A stretch of DNA of 64,000 bases from Octopus vulgaris. Taxonomy: Eukaryota. Below the pieces are notes generated by a model. That model saw only the letters and a program-made list of their open reading frames with translations. It did no database searches and was not told where the DNA came from. Location of the stretch: NCBI GenBank assembly GCA_951406725.2, contig OX597835.1:50654001-50718000 (forward strand). Reading direction: 5' to 3'. Shown piece by piece: positions 13,067 through 22,996 of this stretch (positions are counted from its first letter, which is position 1; each line of letters starts with the position of its first letter). Both the position numbers and the translations under genes were made by a program.

Positions 13067-14617
13067 TATATAAAATATAAAATTGAAAAATTTAAATTAT
13101 TTAAATTTTTTAAAAAATATTAAATTGTATTTATAATTTGTTTAAAAATATATATAACTATCAAAAAGTATTAAAAAGTTTAATATACATAAATACAGAT
13201 ATATACACTTTGTATATATACATTATATATACATATTTATATATAGAACACACACACACACACATATATATAAATGAACGCAATAAATATCTGATTCCTA
13301 ATAATTGTTCTCATGATTGTGTGTTGGTGGTGACGATGATAATTCTCTCTATGAATGCAGACAGCGAGATATAGAACGCCGTTTGACGAAGTTATAAAGA
13401 GAAAGTGAAGGGGAGTTAGACGGGAAGGGAGGAAATAGCGTGAGTGAGTGAGGAAGACAGATACATAAAAGAATGGGAGTGGACTTGTCAAAGTGGGTTT
13501 TTGGCCCTAGCAACGACACCTTTTAAGATAGGGATTTCTAACGTAGCCCACTGGTATCGTCACCTCATTTTACATGTCCCTGTAAATTTGAGTCAATCCG
13601 ACGGGATGTTGTGGTGTTGAAAGCATGCCAAGCGGTGGAGTCTAACAAACAAACTTTTTTTCAGTTTTATAAATAGATATATATATATATAAGGATCCCT
13701 TCCAGGAGCACTATTATCGTTTGTTTTTTTTTCAATAATCTGAGTATGCCATGAGGTTTCCAGATATGAGTTCTACTCACATGTCAAGTTTCATCAAAAT
13801 CAATAAAACAATGTAGGAGGAGCTAACCAACAACTCCACAAACAGACCCACAGATGGAATTTCCTACATTTGTAGTAGTAGAAGGACACTGCTTTTTACA
13901 GTGACTTTCATTTCCAGCTATCACACAATGTTAAGGCAAGGAGACACACATGCATGTGTGACAGGCTTCTTTCAGTTTCCATCTATCAAATCCACTCACG
14001 CCCTGGGGAATAGTAACAAACACTAGCCCAAGGTGCAATGCAGTGGCACTGAACACAAAACTATGTGAATGGGGAGCAAACTTCTTACCCACACATACAA
14101 GAAATCAACTACTCACAAGGAAATACTCTAAGGACTTCAAATAATTTTCAAAATTAACAATTCTGAGAAGTCAGTTTAATGAATGCATGCAATCCATGCC
14201 TAAGATATATGAGGGAAAATAAATCCTACTTTAATATATATCATACATTACTGTGAGAAACAGCATGTTTTTTCCAATGCTAGCATGAGTTAGATGTATA
14301 TCAATGATGCATTGGTTTACAGCCAGATGTCCTTCCTGCCACAAACCCTTACTTGTTTTTCAACTAAGAGACCTCTTATTTTGTATGTCTTTGAAGGTGC
14401 AAAGCAAGGAGATGAATTGTTGCCAGAAATATCAACAATAACACCAGCCATTATAGCAAGTAGCTTTCACAGAGCTGCAAATAGAAACTAATATACACAA
14501 ATGCTATATGCACTCCTATTACATGGCTTTGATTTTTAAAATTGCATCCATAGCTTAAGTGTCAAGAACTGCTTCCTGATTTTGAGGATTTAAGTAACAT
14601 AACAAATATTTTCATTA

Positions 14618-14831
14618 TTAACCCTCCACTATTCAAATTATTTTGTCAAATGCAATGCTTGTTTATTCAGTGTTTTGAAGAAATCATGATTAATCTCATA
14701 GCTGCAAGATCTCAACGATATCATTGGTTCTTTTTAGAATGACATTGTAGGGTGGGTGTGAATGGCCAGATCTGGTTGGTTTAAACATAAAACAGGGCTG
14801 GATATGGCCAGTTGAAATGCTAAAGGGTTAA
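14618..14831 (-). mobile_element. TTAA-flanked MITE (piggyBac-like ends), same family as 20143-20362
   Basis: ttaaccct... / ...aatgctaaagggttaa, with internal similarity to copies at 20143-20362, 20390-20541, 34440-34598 and 50997-51211. Confidence 0.7.
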
Positions 14832-15045
14832 GCCAACATTATAAATATAACTAAAAAAATATGATGAAAGGCTTTAACTTTGATATGAACACTTTGAAAT
14901 TGTGGCTGTTCTGTGTCATATGAAATACAGCAGATTGGTATCAAAAGAGTTAAAGATGAGGTTAATGGTTGAAATAATTATATAATCTTATTAACTACAA
15001 CTTCTCTCATACAATTGGATGATTTAATTTAAGTAAATGACTTAC

Positions 15046-15089
15046 TTCATCGGTGTAATTAGGTGGGTAATGTTGCAGAATAAATGGTT
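15046..15089 (-). CDS. DENND1A: DENND1 (connecdenn, Rab35 GEF)-like gene, 44-bp internal coding exon (probable exon 3)
   Basis: tttctatttcag acceptor and gtaagt donor. Encodes (E)PFILQHYPPNYTDE, similar to DENND1A DPEVQRQFPEDYSDQ. Phase-compatible with the 17913-17977 exon. Confidence 0.75.
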
Positions 15090-15563
15090 CTGAAATAGAA
15101 ATATCAAAATACACCATTAACATGTATGAATACATAAATAAATATAATTAACACAGTCAACTATTTTCTATGCTTGGAAGGGAAAATGTTATTTTAGTTA
15201 TTTGACACTTATGTTGTAAGGTTTATTCCTTTCTTTAAAAGCTAGTACAGTTAAAGCATTTTATGTAATTTCTCTTTCTGCTCTCAAAAAAAAAACAAAA
15301 AAACAATCAGTCTGTTCTAACGAGTACAGAACGAAGGGTATACAAGAAATAAATGAGAATATATTGGGCTCTCTCTCTCTCTCTGGTCAAGTAAATAGAA
15401 ATACAAAGATATCTGGAATCATAGATTGTGTGAGGAAAGGAGAGAGAGGAGAGGAAGGGAGGGAGAGGAGAGGAAGGGAGAGAGGGGAGAGGAGAAAGAA
15501 GAGAGACATAGTGAGCAAGATAGACACAATCACTATGAATACACTGGACAACAGACTGCATAA

Positions 15564-15880
15564 TCATCATCACTTAACGTCTGCTTTCCATGCTGGCATA
15601 GGTTGGACAGTATGACAAGAGCTGGTTAGGCAGAAGACTGCACCATGCTTCGCTGTCTGTTTTTTTTGCAGGGTTTTTACAGCTGGATGCCCTTCCTAAC
15701 ACTAACCGTTGCAGAGTGGGCTGAGTGCTTTTTACATGGCACCAGCACAGGCGAAGTCAGTTTTGGCAAGGTTTTTCACAGTTGGATGCCCTTCCAAATA
15801 CCAGCAACTTTACAGTGTGAACTAGATGCTTTTTATGTGGGACCAGCACTGGCAGGGTCACCAAGTAACTTGCAAGATAA
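15564..15880 (-). mobile_element. RTE 3' tail copy with internal duplication
   Basis: catcatcacttaacgtctgctttccatgctggc...ggatgcccttcc, with the latter block present twice. Confidence 0.7.
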
Positions 15881-16334
15881 AGATCCTTTGAAAGGGGAGG
15901 GAGCATTGAAAGAGGTGATCTTGAATAATGAAAGGTTAGTGTGACAGAGAGACAGAAACGGGTGTCTTGCTTATAGAGGAGATACATGGTTACTCTGTCA
16001 GAGAGAGCAAGAAAGAAGAAGTGATCAAGAGTGAGGTGAGTAATGGGTGTGTCGTTGTAGAGGAGGTAATACATGGTTAAGCAGTCAGGGGGATAGAGCA
16101 AGAGGAAGTGAGAGAGTAGAAAAGAGAAAGAGAAAGAGTGAAAGAGAGCAAGAGAGAGATAGTGGCAAAGCACCAAAGTATGCACACAAGGAATGGGGAT
16201 CAGAATATACAAGGGATGGTGGAGAAGAGCCAGGGGGAGATAAGTGGTGGCAAAGTGGAAGGGCATGCCCTCAAGATACAGAGTCAGGATATAAATGATA
16301 GGGTATTGCCAAAGTGCATGAGTAGTGAATAGAG

Positions 16335-17027
16335 CGACAATGATCCTTCCAAGTCAATCGGGTCCATTGCCAGAGACATAGGAGTGCCTGAGTTTCTTAT
16401 CAGGCAGGTAGGGCACGAAGACATTCAGCATTCCTCATACAAGATGAGAAAGGACCAATTTTTGTCCCAAGCCATCGAGAACAATAGGAAAGACCACACT
16501 ATGAAGCTTTTGAACAAACTCAAGCATCCCTTCCAACCGAACATACTTTGGTTTTTCTCAGACAAGAAAAATTTCTGCCAGGATCACACTGCCCTGGGTC
16601 AAGAGGGTGGGTGCTGGAAGACCCTATGTCTAGCAACAGGACACTGCACCATGCCACACAAACAGAAGAATCCAGTTATGTCTGTCACCCCTAACATCTG
16701 GCCACCTAACACACCAGACTGCAACCCTCTTTATTATTATGTGTGAGAGACCAACAAAACTCTTTATAACACCAAAGATGAACTAAAGGCAAGGATAATG
16801 GCAGCATTCACCAACTTAAACACAGAGATTGTCCAGAAGAATTTCAAGAGATTCCAAAGTCGTCCGAAGGTCATAGCTGAAGCCAATGGTGATTTTATTG
16901 AATAAATTTACTCTTTAGTATTTCAAGATATTTTTGTGTAAATTTAGTAAATATATCTGTTAAAATGAGATGTGAGCGATATTTTCATTTTTGTATAATT
17001 TAGATGACAATTTATTCACTGCACTCT
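16335..17027 (+). mobile_element. Tc1/mariner-superfamily (maT/DD37D-like) transposase remnant
   Basis: NDPSKSIGSIARDIGV..., WFFSDKKNF, WPPNTPDCNPLYYYV, then a TIR-like end gacaatttattcactgcactctg. Confidence 0.75.
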
Positions 17028-17036
17028 GTCTGTCTA

Positions 17037-17078
<42 letters not shown>

Positions 17079-17080
<2 letters not shown>

Positions 17081-17453
17081 GGAAGCACTCCGTCGGTTAC
17101 GACGATGAGGGTTCCGGTTGATCCGAATCAACGGAACAGCCTGCTCGTGAAATTAACGTGTAAGTGGCTGAGCACTCCACAGACACGTGTACCCTTAACG
17201 TAGTTCTCGGGGATATTCAGCGTGACACAGAGAGTGACAAGGCCAGCCCTTTGAAATACAGGTACAATAGAAACAGGAAGTAAGATTGAGAGAAAGTTGT
17301 GGTGAAAGAGTACAGCAGGGATCACCACCATCCCCTGCCGGAGCCTCGTGGAGCTTTCGCTCAATAAACACTCACAACGCCTGGTCTGGGAATCGAAACC
17401 GCGATCCTATGACCGCGAGTCTGCTGCCCTAACCACTGAGCCATTACGCCTCC
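17079..17453 (-). mobile_element. tRNA-derived SINE, near full length
   Basis: Minus-strand head ggaggcgtaaTGGCTCAGTGGttagggc...GGTTTCGATTCCcagacc (Pol III A and B boxes) followed by a ~290-bp body, in a TA microsatellite. Confidence 0.8.
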
Positions 17454-17912
17454 ATGTATATATACATACATATGCATGCAAATACATCCGTATGTATTTG
17501 TATTAGTCTTAAGTGCTTGGCATGTAAAGTCTGCTCTGCATAAATCAATATTTGTGAACATGTGTTTATTGACATCATACATATACACACATAGACAGAC
17601 GTGACACACACACATTGGCAGTAAAAAAAATAAAAAGAAAATGACAGAAATGTTTACACCCAAAAACTTGTGCAGCTTCACAACTTACTCCACTCCAGTG
17701 AGTTACTCATTCTCAAGTAATAGTTACCACACCTATTAAATTTTCTCTACTATCCTAATTTACTTCCAAACTCTCAGCTGTTGGTACACTGCCAGACCTG
17801 GCCAAGTAGTTATGCTTAACTAATCATTAATAAGAGTAGCATAACATTGAGAAAATTGTGAAGGAGAGCAAATTTGCTATTAACAATTATTTAAGTGATT
17901 AGTATCTCTCAC

Positions 17913-17977
17913 CTTCTTTGTCACCCGATGGCTTGCCAATTTCTACAAAAAGTTCAAATATTCTTTCTGGATTTTCT
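17913..17977 (-). CDS. DENND1A: DENND1-like gene, 65-bp internal coding exon (probable exon 2)
   Basis: ttttcttctttcag acceptor and gtgaga donor. Encodes ENPERIFELFVEIGKPSGDKE, similar to DENND1A QNPETTFEVYVEVAYP. Splices in frame to the 44-bp exon (G+AA = Glu). Confidence 0.78.
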
Positions 17978-18263
17978 CTGAAAGAAGAAAACACTACAGT
18001 TACACACGCATACACTGAAGAAATATTTTACATATATTGTAATTAATAATACAAGCACAAGGTCTCAAATTCAGAGGTTATGTGTAATTATATTGACCTC
18101 ATTACTTGACTGGTAATTTATCAGTTCTGAAAGAATAAAAGATAAAATTGAAAGATTGGTGTGCGTATAACAGTGTAGATACAAATGTAGAATGATAGCG
18201 CATATAATATTTCATCTCAGAGAAACTTCTGAAAGGGACTTGTGTAGAAATTTAAAAAATACA

Positions 18264-18360
18264 GGCCTCACTCAGAATGCCTGGTGAATGGCCAGATATG
18301 ATATTTTGACTGGATTTGATCTCCTCAGTAATGAATACCTCAGACTTTCTGAGTTAAGCC
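18264..18360 (-). ncRNA. Decayed hammerhead-like motif at the apex of an imperfect hairpin
   Basis: Minus strand: CTGAGGA-gatcaaatccagtc-AAAA(G12>A)-tatcata-TC, enclosed by ctcagaa/ttctgag and ggc/gcc pairing. Confidence 0.45.
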
Positions 18361-19709
18361 AAAAGTGCTGGTTCCAATTTAGTGATTTGAACAAATTGAC
18401 CAAATTTGCAAACTGATAGAACTCCATTTCAAAGGGATAAAAAAATGAGAAGCAAAAGACACATATGACGCAAAAGTATTTAAAATAAAATTAAATAAAA
18501 TAAAAATCAAAGAAATATGGTTTAATCTTGGAAATCACTTGACAAAAATACTTTAGTAGTGTCATAAAGAGAAGTTTGATGTGGTATTCAGCTGTAACTA
18601 TTTATAAGTGGACTAAAAGTGGAGAAGATATAGAAAATGACAGAATGGCAGTCAACTGTACCAGATTGATACAAGTAATGGTGTTGATGGTAGTAATTCT
18701 ATTACTAATATTACCCTGATCAGCCTTCACTGAGCAGATCTATGATCAAAAGACATTCCATTGTGACCATTCTGTTTATTTCCTTTTTAATTTCCACGGT
18801 AGATCTAAGACTACACTGCTTAATGTAGGCCTTGCTTTTTAAAGACTCTTAACAGCCAAATTTCTCACAGAATCACACCAATTTCTAATGGCCAATTTCT
18901 GCTCACCCAATCGGTTCACAACATGGAAGTTTGTAACCTACTGTAGATAACTAGTTTCAAAGTTAGTAAAAACTTCTATATTGTATTTCTTAAAATCTCT
19001 TTCCATAGCATTGACAATTACAACCAGTCTTCACTTTTTAAATAAATGAGAAACCACTTCATGTGAGCTACATATACTCCACACATGTACATAAAACAGT
19101 TATCCACACAATGGTGTAACAAGAACAACAACATTCATGTTGTTCTCACAAGCAAGAAATATCATAGCAAATGCAGATATGGCAGTATATTTAAGACAGT
19201 TTCAGCTCTAACTTCAGCATGCAACATTGAGCAAATGACTTTTAGCCATTGCCTCAAGTCAACCAATGCTTTGTGAGTGAAATTTGACAGACAGAAATTT
19301 TATGAAAACCTGCCAATACGATCATTCCTGTTCTTTGGTGTCATCCATAGAATCTACTCTGTTGTAAACATGCAGACCTGGATCAGTTTAACAACAACTT
19401 TTCCATGCTTGCATGGGTCAGATGGAACTTGTTGAGGTAGATTTTCTACAAACAGATACCCTTCATGTTGCCAACCCTCACCTGTTTCCAAGCAAGCTAA
19501 TATTTCCCATAGCTGGATGTATTTTCCTGAAAGACTGAAAGTAAACATTTACAGTCATCATGTGATGTCAAGACAAAGGTACACACACACACACACACAC
19601 GACAGGCTTCTTAAAGTTTCTATCATCCAAATTCACTCACAAGGCTTTGGTTGGCCTTGGAGGGAGTAATAAATTACTCCCTCTTTCTACCAGTCTCACA
19701 TGCCCTTAA

Positions 19710-19928
19710 CCCTTTCATTACCAACCCAGCTGAAACCGGCTCTGGCTTTGAGTACAAATATCTTGTTTTCATAAGTTTTGAATTAAAATCTTCCACCAAA
19801 CCTTTGTCACAATTTATGTTTCTAACACTAGTTGAATGATAAGTAAGTTATTTTACTAAATTCTTTATTATAATTGAAGTAATTGAAAGAACACAGAGCA
19901 TCTCAAAATAAATACAGTAACAAAAGGG
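19710..19928 (+). mobile_element. TTAA-flanked MITE (CCCT...AGGG ends, piggyBac-like)
   Basis: TTAA|ccctttcattacc ... gtaacaaaaggg|TTAA, 219 bp. Confidence 0.8.
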
Positions 19929-20142
19929 TTAAAAAGTCATCAGCACTACTTGTCATCCTTTGCCTAAGCCCCCTCAATCATTCCCCATAAGCTAGTACCA
20001 AGCAAGCTACAGTATTTTGTGAGTGACAGTGATGTTCCAAAGAAAACTATGCCCATGTTGAAAGGAAGTGCTCAGTGACACTAGAAAACAATGAAATCTG
20101 TTTCTCAATGATTAGAGGAAATCTTTACCCTTAAGCACTTAA

Positions 20143-20362
20143 CCCTTTAGTGTTTAAACCGGCCATAACCGGCAAAAATATTCTACCTATTTTATGTTCA
20201 GAATAGTCAGATATGGTCATTCATAGCTACCTTATTGTGTCATTTTAAAAATAAACAATCACATCAATGAAATCTCAAAGCCATGAAATGATGCAAGATT
20301 AATTTTACATGGTGTGAATACATAAGCTTTATATTTGACAGAATAATCTGAATGCTAAAGGG
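20143..20362 (+). mobile_element. TTAA-flanked MITE, second family
   Basis: TTAA|ccctttag ... ctaaaggg|TTAA, 220 bp. A partial copy follows at 20390-20541. Confidence 0.8.
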
Positions 20363-21825
20363 TTAAACCATTGATTTTATGTTGGGACTAGCCTCTCACA
20401 CCTACCCTATAATGTCATTCTAAAAATAAATAATCACATCATTGAAATTTAAAAGCTATGAGATAATGCATGGGTAGTTCAAAACAATGCAAATAAATAA
20501 GCATTACATTGGCCAGAATAATCTGAACGCTAAAAGGTTAAATGTTCATGAACACAGGTGTGACTGTGGTTAAAAAATTCACTCTGCAAACACAGGGTTC
20601 CCCCATTTGATCCTGCCGCATGGCATCATGGGCAAGTGGTTATCACAATTTTAGGCTGATGCAAATCTTGTGAATGGAGTTAGATTAAGTATAAATTTAA
20701 AGAGTTGAAAGCTAACATGCTCAACACACCAAGCAGTTAACTCTGTATGTGTGTGTGTGTGTGTGTGTGCGTGCGTGCGTGCATGTGCAGTGAAAAAAAA
20801 GACTAATATGAAATACAACTCTGGAAATATTTTAGTATTATTCTGACCTCATCAATGAAGCATAATCCCCACTGTATTTGGCACACAAGCTTTGTACACT
20901 GGTGAGCATAGGTAATTAGGATTGTTGAGAAATGAAAAGATGTTGTGAATAGTGTTATCAACTGGAATTTTGAACTATAAGAATAATCTAATAATACTGC
21001 TTACATTTCGTATGCTTTTATTTCCTTTAAACTGGTGTTCCAGCATGATCTTAAACATGATGAAAAAAAAAATTGAAAAACTAGTTTTATGCAACCTATT
21101 TTTCTGACTATTTTTAATAAAATAATTTGGATTGTTTATAGATGAATTTATGAGGATAGGAGATTGATCACAAGAGCAAAATATTTGAGAGTAATTTTTC
21201 TCAACAGTAGGAAGAAACAAGTGTAACTAAGACAAATGCAGCAAACCCATGCAACGCTCGAATAAATTAAATAAGCTACAATGTTAAAGACCTACTTCAG
21301 AAAAAATAAGTAAATTCTATTTAACCCAGTTTATGCTAAATTCTTAAATAATTAGTTTGTCTTAGTGATGGATGAAGAGAATAGAAGATGAAGTATAGTC
21401 AAAACCAAACATTTTTATATTGTGTAATCTTTAAATGCCTTTCAGATGAAAGGAATATTTTTACGTCATGAGGTTACTTACAAGGTCAAATAATTTGACG
21501 AGGATTCTTTTAGACAAAAACCAATGCTGTTATCACAGTCAATAAACAAGACTTTCTTTCTTTAGCATGTAAGTACTAGAAAAATTAGTTCATTAGAAAT
21601 ATATACATGCTTTTTCATTTATATTCTATAATTTTGTTTTCACTTTCTTAACATGATATAACTAACAAGTGTTACTAACCTAAAATGTTAAAGCAATATG
21701 GTTGCTCAGTGAATGTTTAATGCACCAAGCCCACTAACACATTAGTTCACATCCTTGGACACTTGTATATACATACATATATATATATAGATATATATAC
21801 ACATACATATATATATATATATATA

Positions 21826-21991
21826 TGCATTGATGTAAGAATAAGTTGTTCTATAAAGCCCGAAACATATGTACTGCAACATCCTTTGCGTCCTGTTTTT
21901 CATTTATTTCATTTGATACATATATCCTATCACCTATGCAACTAGCTGGCATATACAGGTGCTTACATTTATCAAGTATTCACCCTGAATT

Positions 21992-21995
<4 letters not shown>
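21826..21995 (+). mobile_element. Penelope-like terminal fragment in (TA)n with a decayed hammerhead motif
   Basis: tgca-TTGATGT...cGAAA-catatg-TA-ctgca (21826-21878), with palindromic stem III ACATATGT. Bounded by TA runs. Confidence 0.45.
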
Positions 21996-22029
<34 letters not shown>

Positions 22030-22038
<9 letters not shown>

Positions 22039-22274
22039 ATATATATCCACATATATTACATATATACATAGATATACATATATATATATTGATATATACA
22101 TATATATATATATATATATAGTACATATATATCCACATATATTACATATATACATAGATATACATATATATATATTGATATATACATATATATATATATA
22201 TATATAGTACATATATATCCACATATATTACATATATACATAGATATACATATATATATATTGATATATACATG

Positions 22275-22285
<11 letters not shown>
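22030..22285. repeat. 86-bp tandem repeat x3 built from microsatellite sequence
   Basis: gtacatatatatccacatatattaca starts at 22035, 22121 and 22207. Confidence 0.9.
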
Positions 22286-22319
<34 letters not shown>

Positions 22320-22395
22320 CTACACACACACACACATATATATACACACACATACACACACACACACATATACACACACATACACACACACACAC

Positions 22396-22442
<47 letters not shown>

Positions 22443-22568
22443 CACACATTTTCTTATACATATATATATACATATATATATATATACATATATATATATA
22501 ATTAGTAATGCAATATGAAAGTATTGCTTTCCAGTAAAGAATAGCCCGTGAGGGAAAATTATACATAG

Positions 22569-22959
22569 AAGTAAATATATGGCACAACGAAGTACCGATA
22601 TTTACTGGAAATAGCGAAAGTAATAACACAACGCTAATGTATAGCTTCACCGCGTATGTACTAGCAAAAATGCGTGTGTGCAACAAACTTTAAAAAAATT
22701 TGGCTGATAAAGATAGATCAAGTATATGTGTGGAGGCATATCTTGAAAAATCTGAAACCGGCTCCGGTCCCACATTATCCTTTTCTAGGTATTTCATCTT
22801 TCAGATGTTCTCCCTGAAGGTAAGACAAATTTTTTTCAAGTTTGTTGCACTCACGCATTTTTGCTGGTACATACGCGGTGAAGCTATACATTAGCGTCGT
22901 ATTATTACGTTCGCTATTTCCAGTAAATATCGGTACTTCGTTGTGCCATATATTTACTT
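22569..22959. repeat. Fold-back element with 134-bp inverted arms (22569-22702, 22826-22959) in (TA)n
   Basis: aagtaaatatatggcacaacgaagtaccgatatttactggaaatagcgaa... is the near-exact reverse complement of ...ttcgctatttccagtaaatatcggtacttcgttgtgccatatatttactt. Confidence 0.95.
22697..22776 (+). ncRNA. Type I hammerhead ribozyme-like motif (G8>A variant)
   Basis: aatttgg-CTGATAA-[aga..tcaag..atatgt/gcatat..cttga..tct]-GAAA-ccggctccgg-TC-ccacatt. Stem I pairs at 6 of 7 positions, stem II is long, stem III is ACCGG/CCGGT, and the site is GUC. Confidence 0.7.
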
Positions 22960-22996
22960 TGATATATACATATATATATATATACATATATATATA

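Larger units (their letters stand above)
11069..13677 (-). mobile_element. Non-autonomous Helitron B inserted in a (TA)n tract
   Basis: Minus-strand 5' A|TCTATTTATAAAACTG at 13677. 3' end tacccgcgtgtagagcgggtcaccttaagCTAG|T (ACCCGC/GCGGGT hairpin plus CTAG) at 11069. Internal diverged repeat 11735-11865 vs 12275-12415. Confidence 0.8.
8541..13882 (-). mobile_element. Non-autonomous Helitron A (host of nested Tc1 and Helitron B)
   Basis: Minus-strand 5' TCTACTACTACAAATG at 13882. 3' imperfect hairpin plus CTAG|T at 8541-8544. Internal diverged ~140-bp tandem repeats (8620-8980). Own sequence is 8541-9255 plus about 13690-13882. Confidence 0.7.
8370..14095 (-). mobile_element. SINE split into 8370-8540 and 13883-14095 by nested insertions
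   Basis: Joining ...ggaatattagaaa (8540) to gaaggacact... (13881) restores the sequence seen uninterrupted in related copies (for example 55210-55345, reverse complement ...agaagattggaaatgaacatcact). Confidence 0.7.

Noticed and set aside
17360-17453. Possible tRNA gene
   Set aside because: A and B boxes are present, but the sequence runs into a repeat body without a proper acceptor stem. It is a SINE head.
18905-18945. Candidate minus-strand mini-exon (ctacag ... gtgagc) upstream of the DENND1-like exon
   Set aside because: Its ATG is followed by an in-frame stop and it has no similarity to the expected MGSR N-terminus.
20815-20865. Hammerhead-like TTGATGA...AAAA on the minus strand
   Set aside because: Two core changes and stem I does not pair convincingly, so it is indistinguishable from chance.
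21763-22686. Many 60-134 aa ORFs rich in Y/I/H/T/C/V (also 4259-4652, 42041-42244, 61306-61947)
   Set aside because: They are translations of (TA)n/(CA)n microsatellites, not genes.
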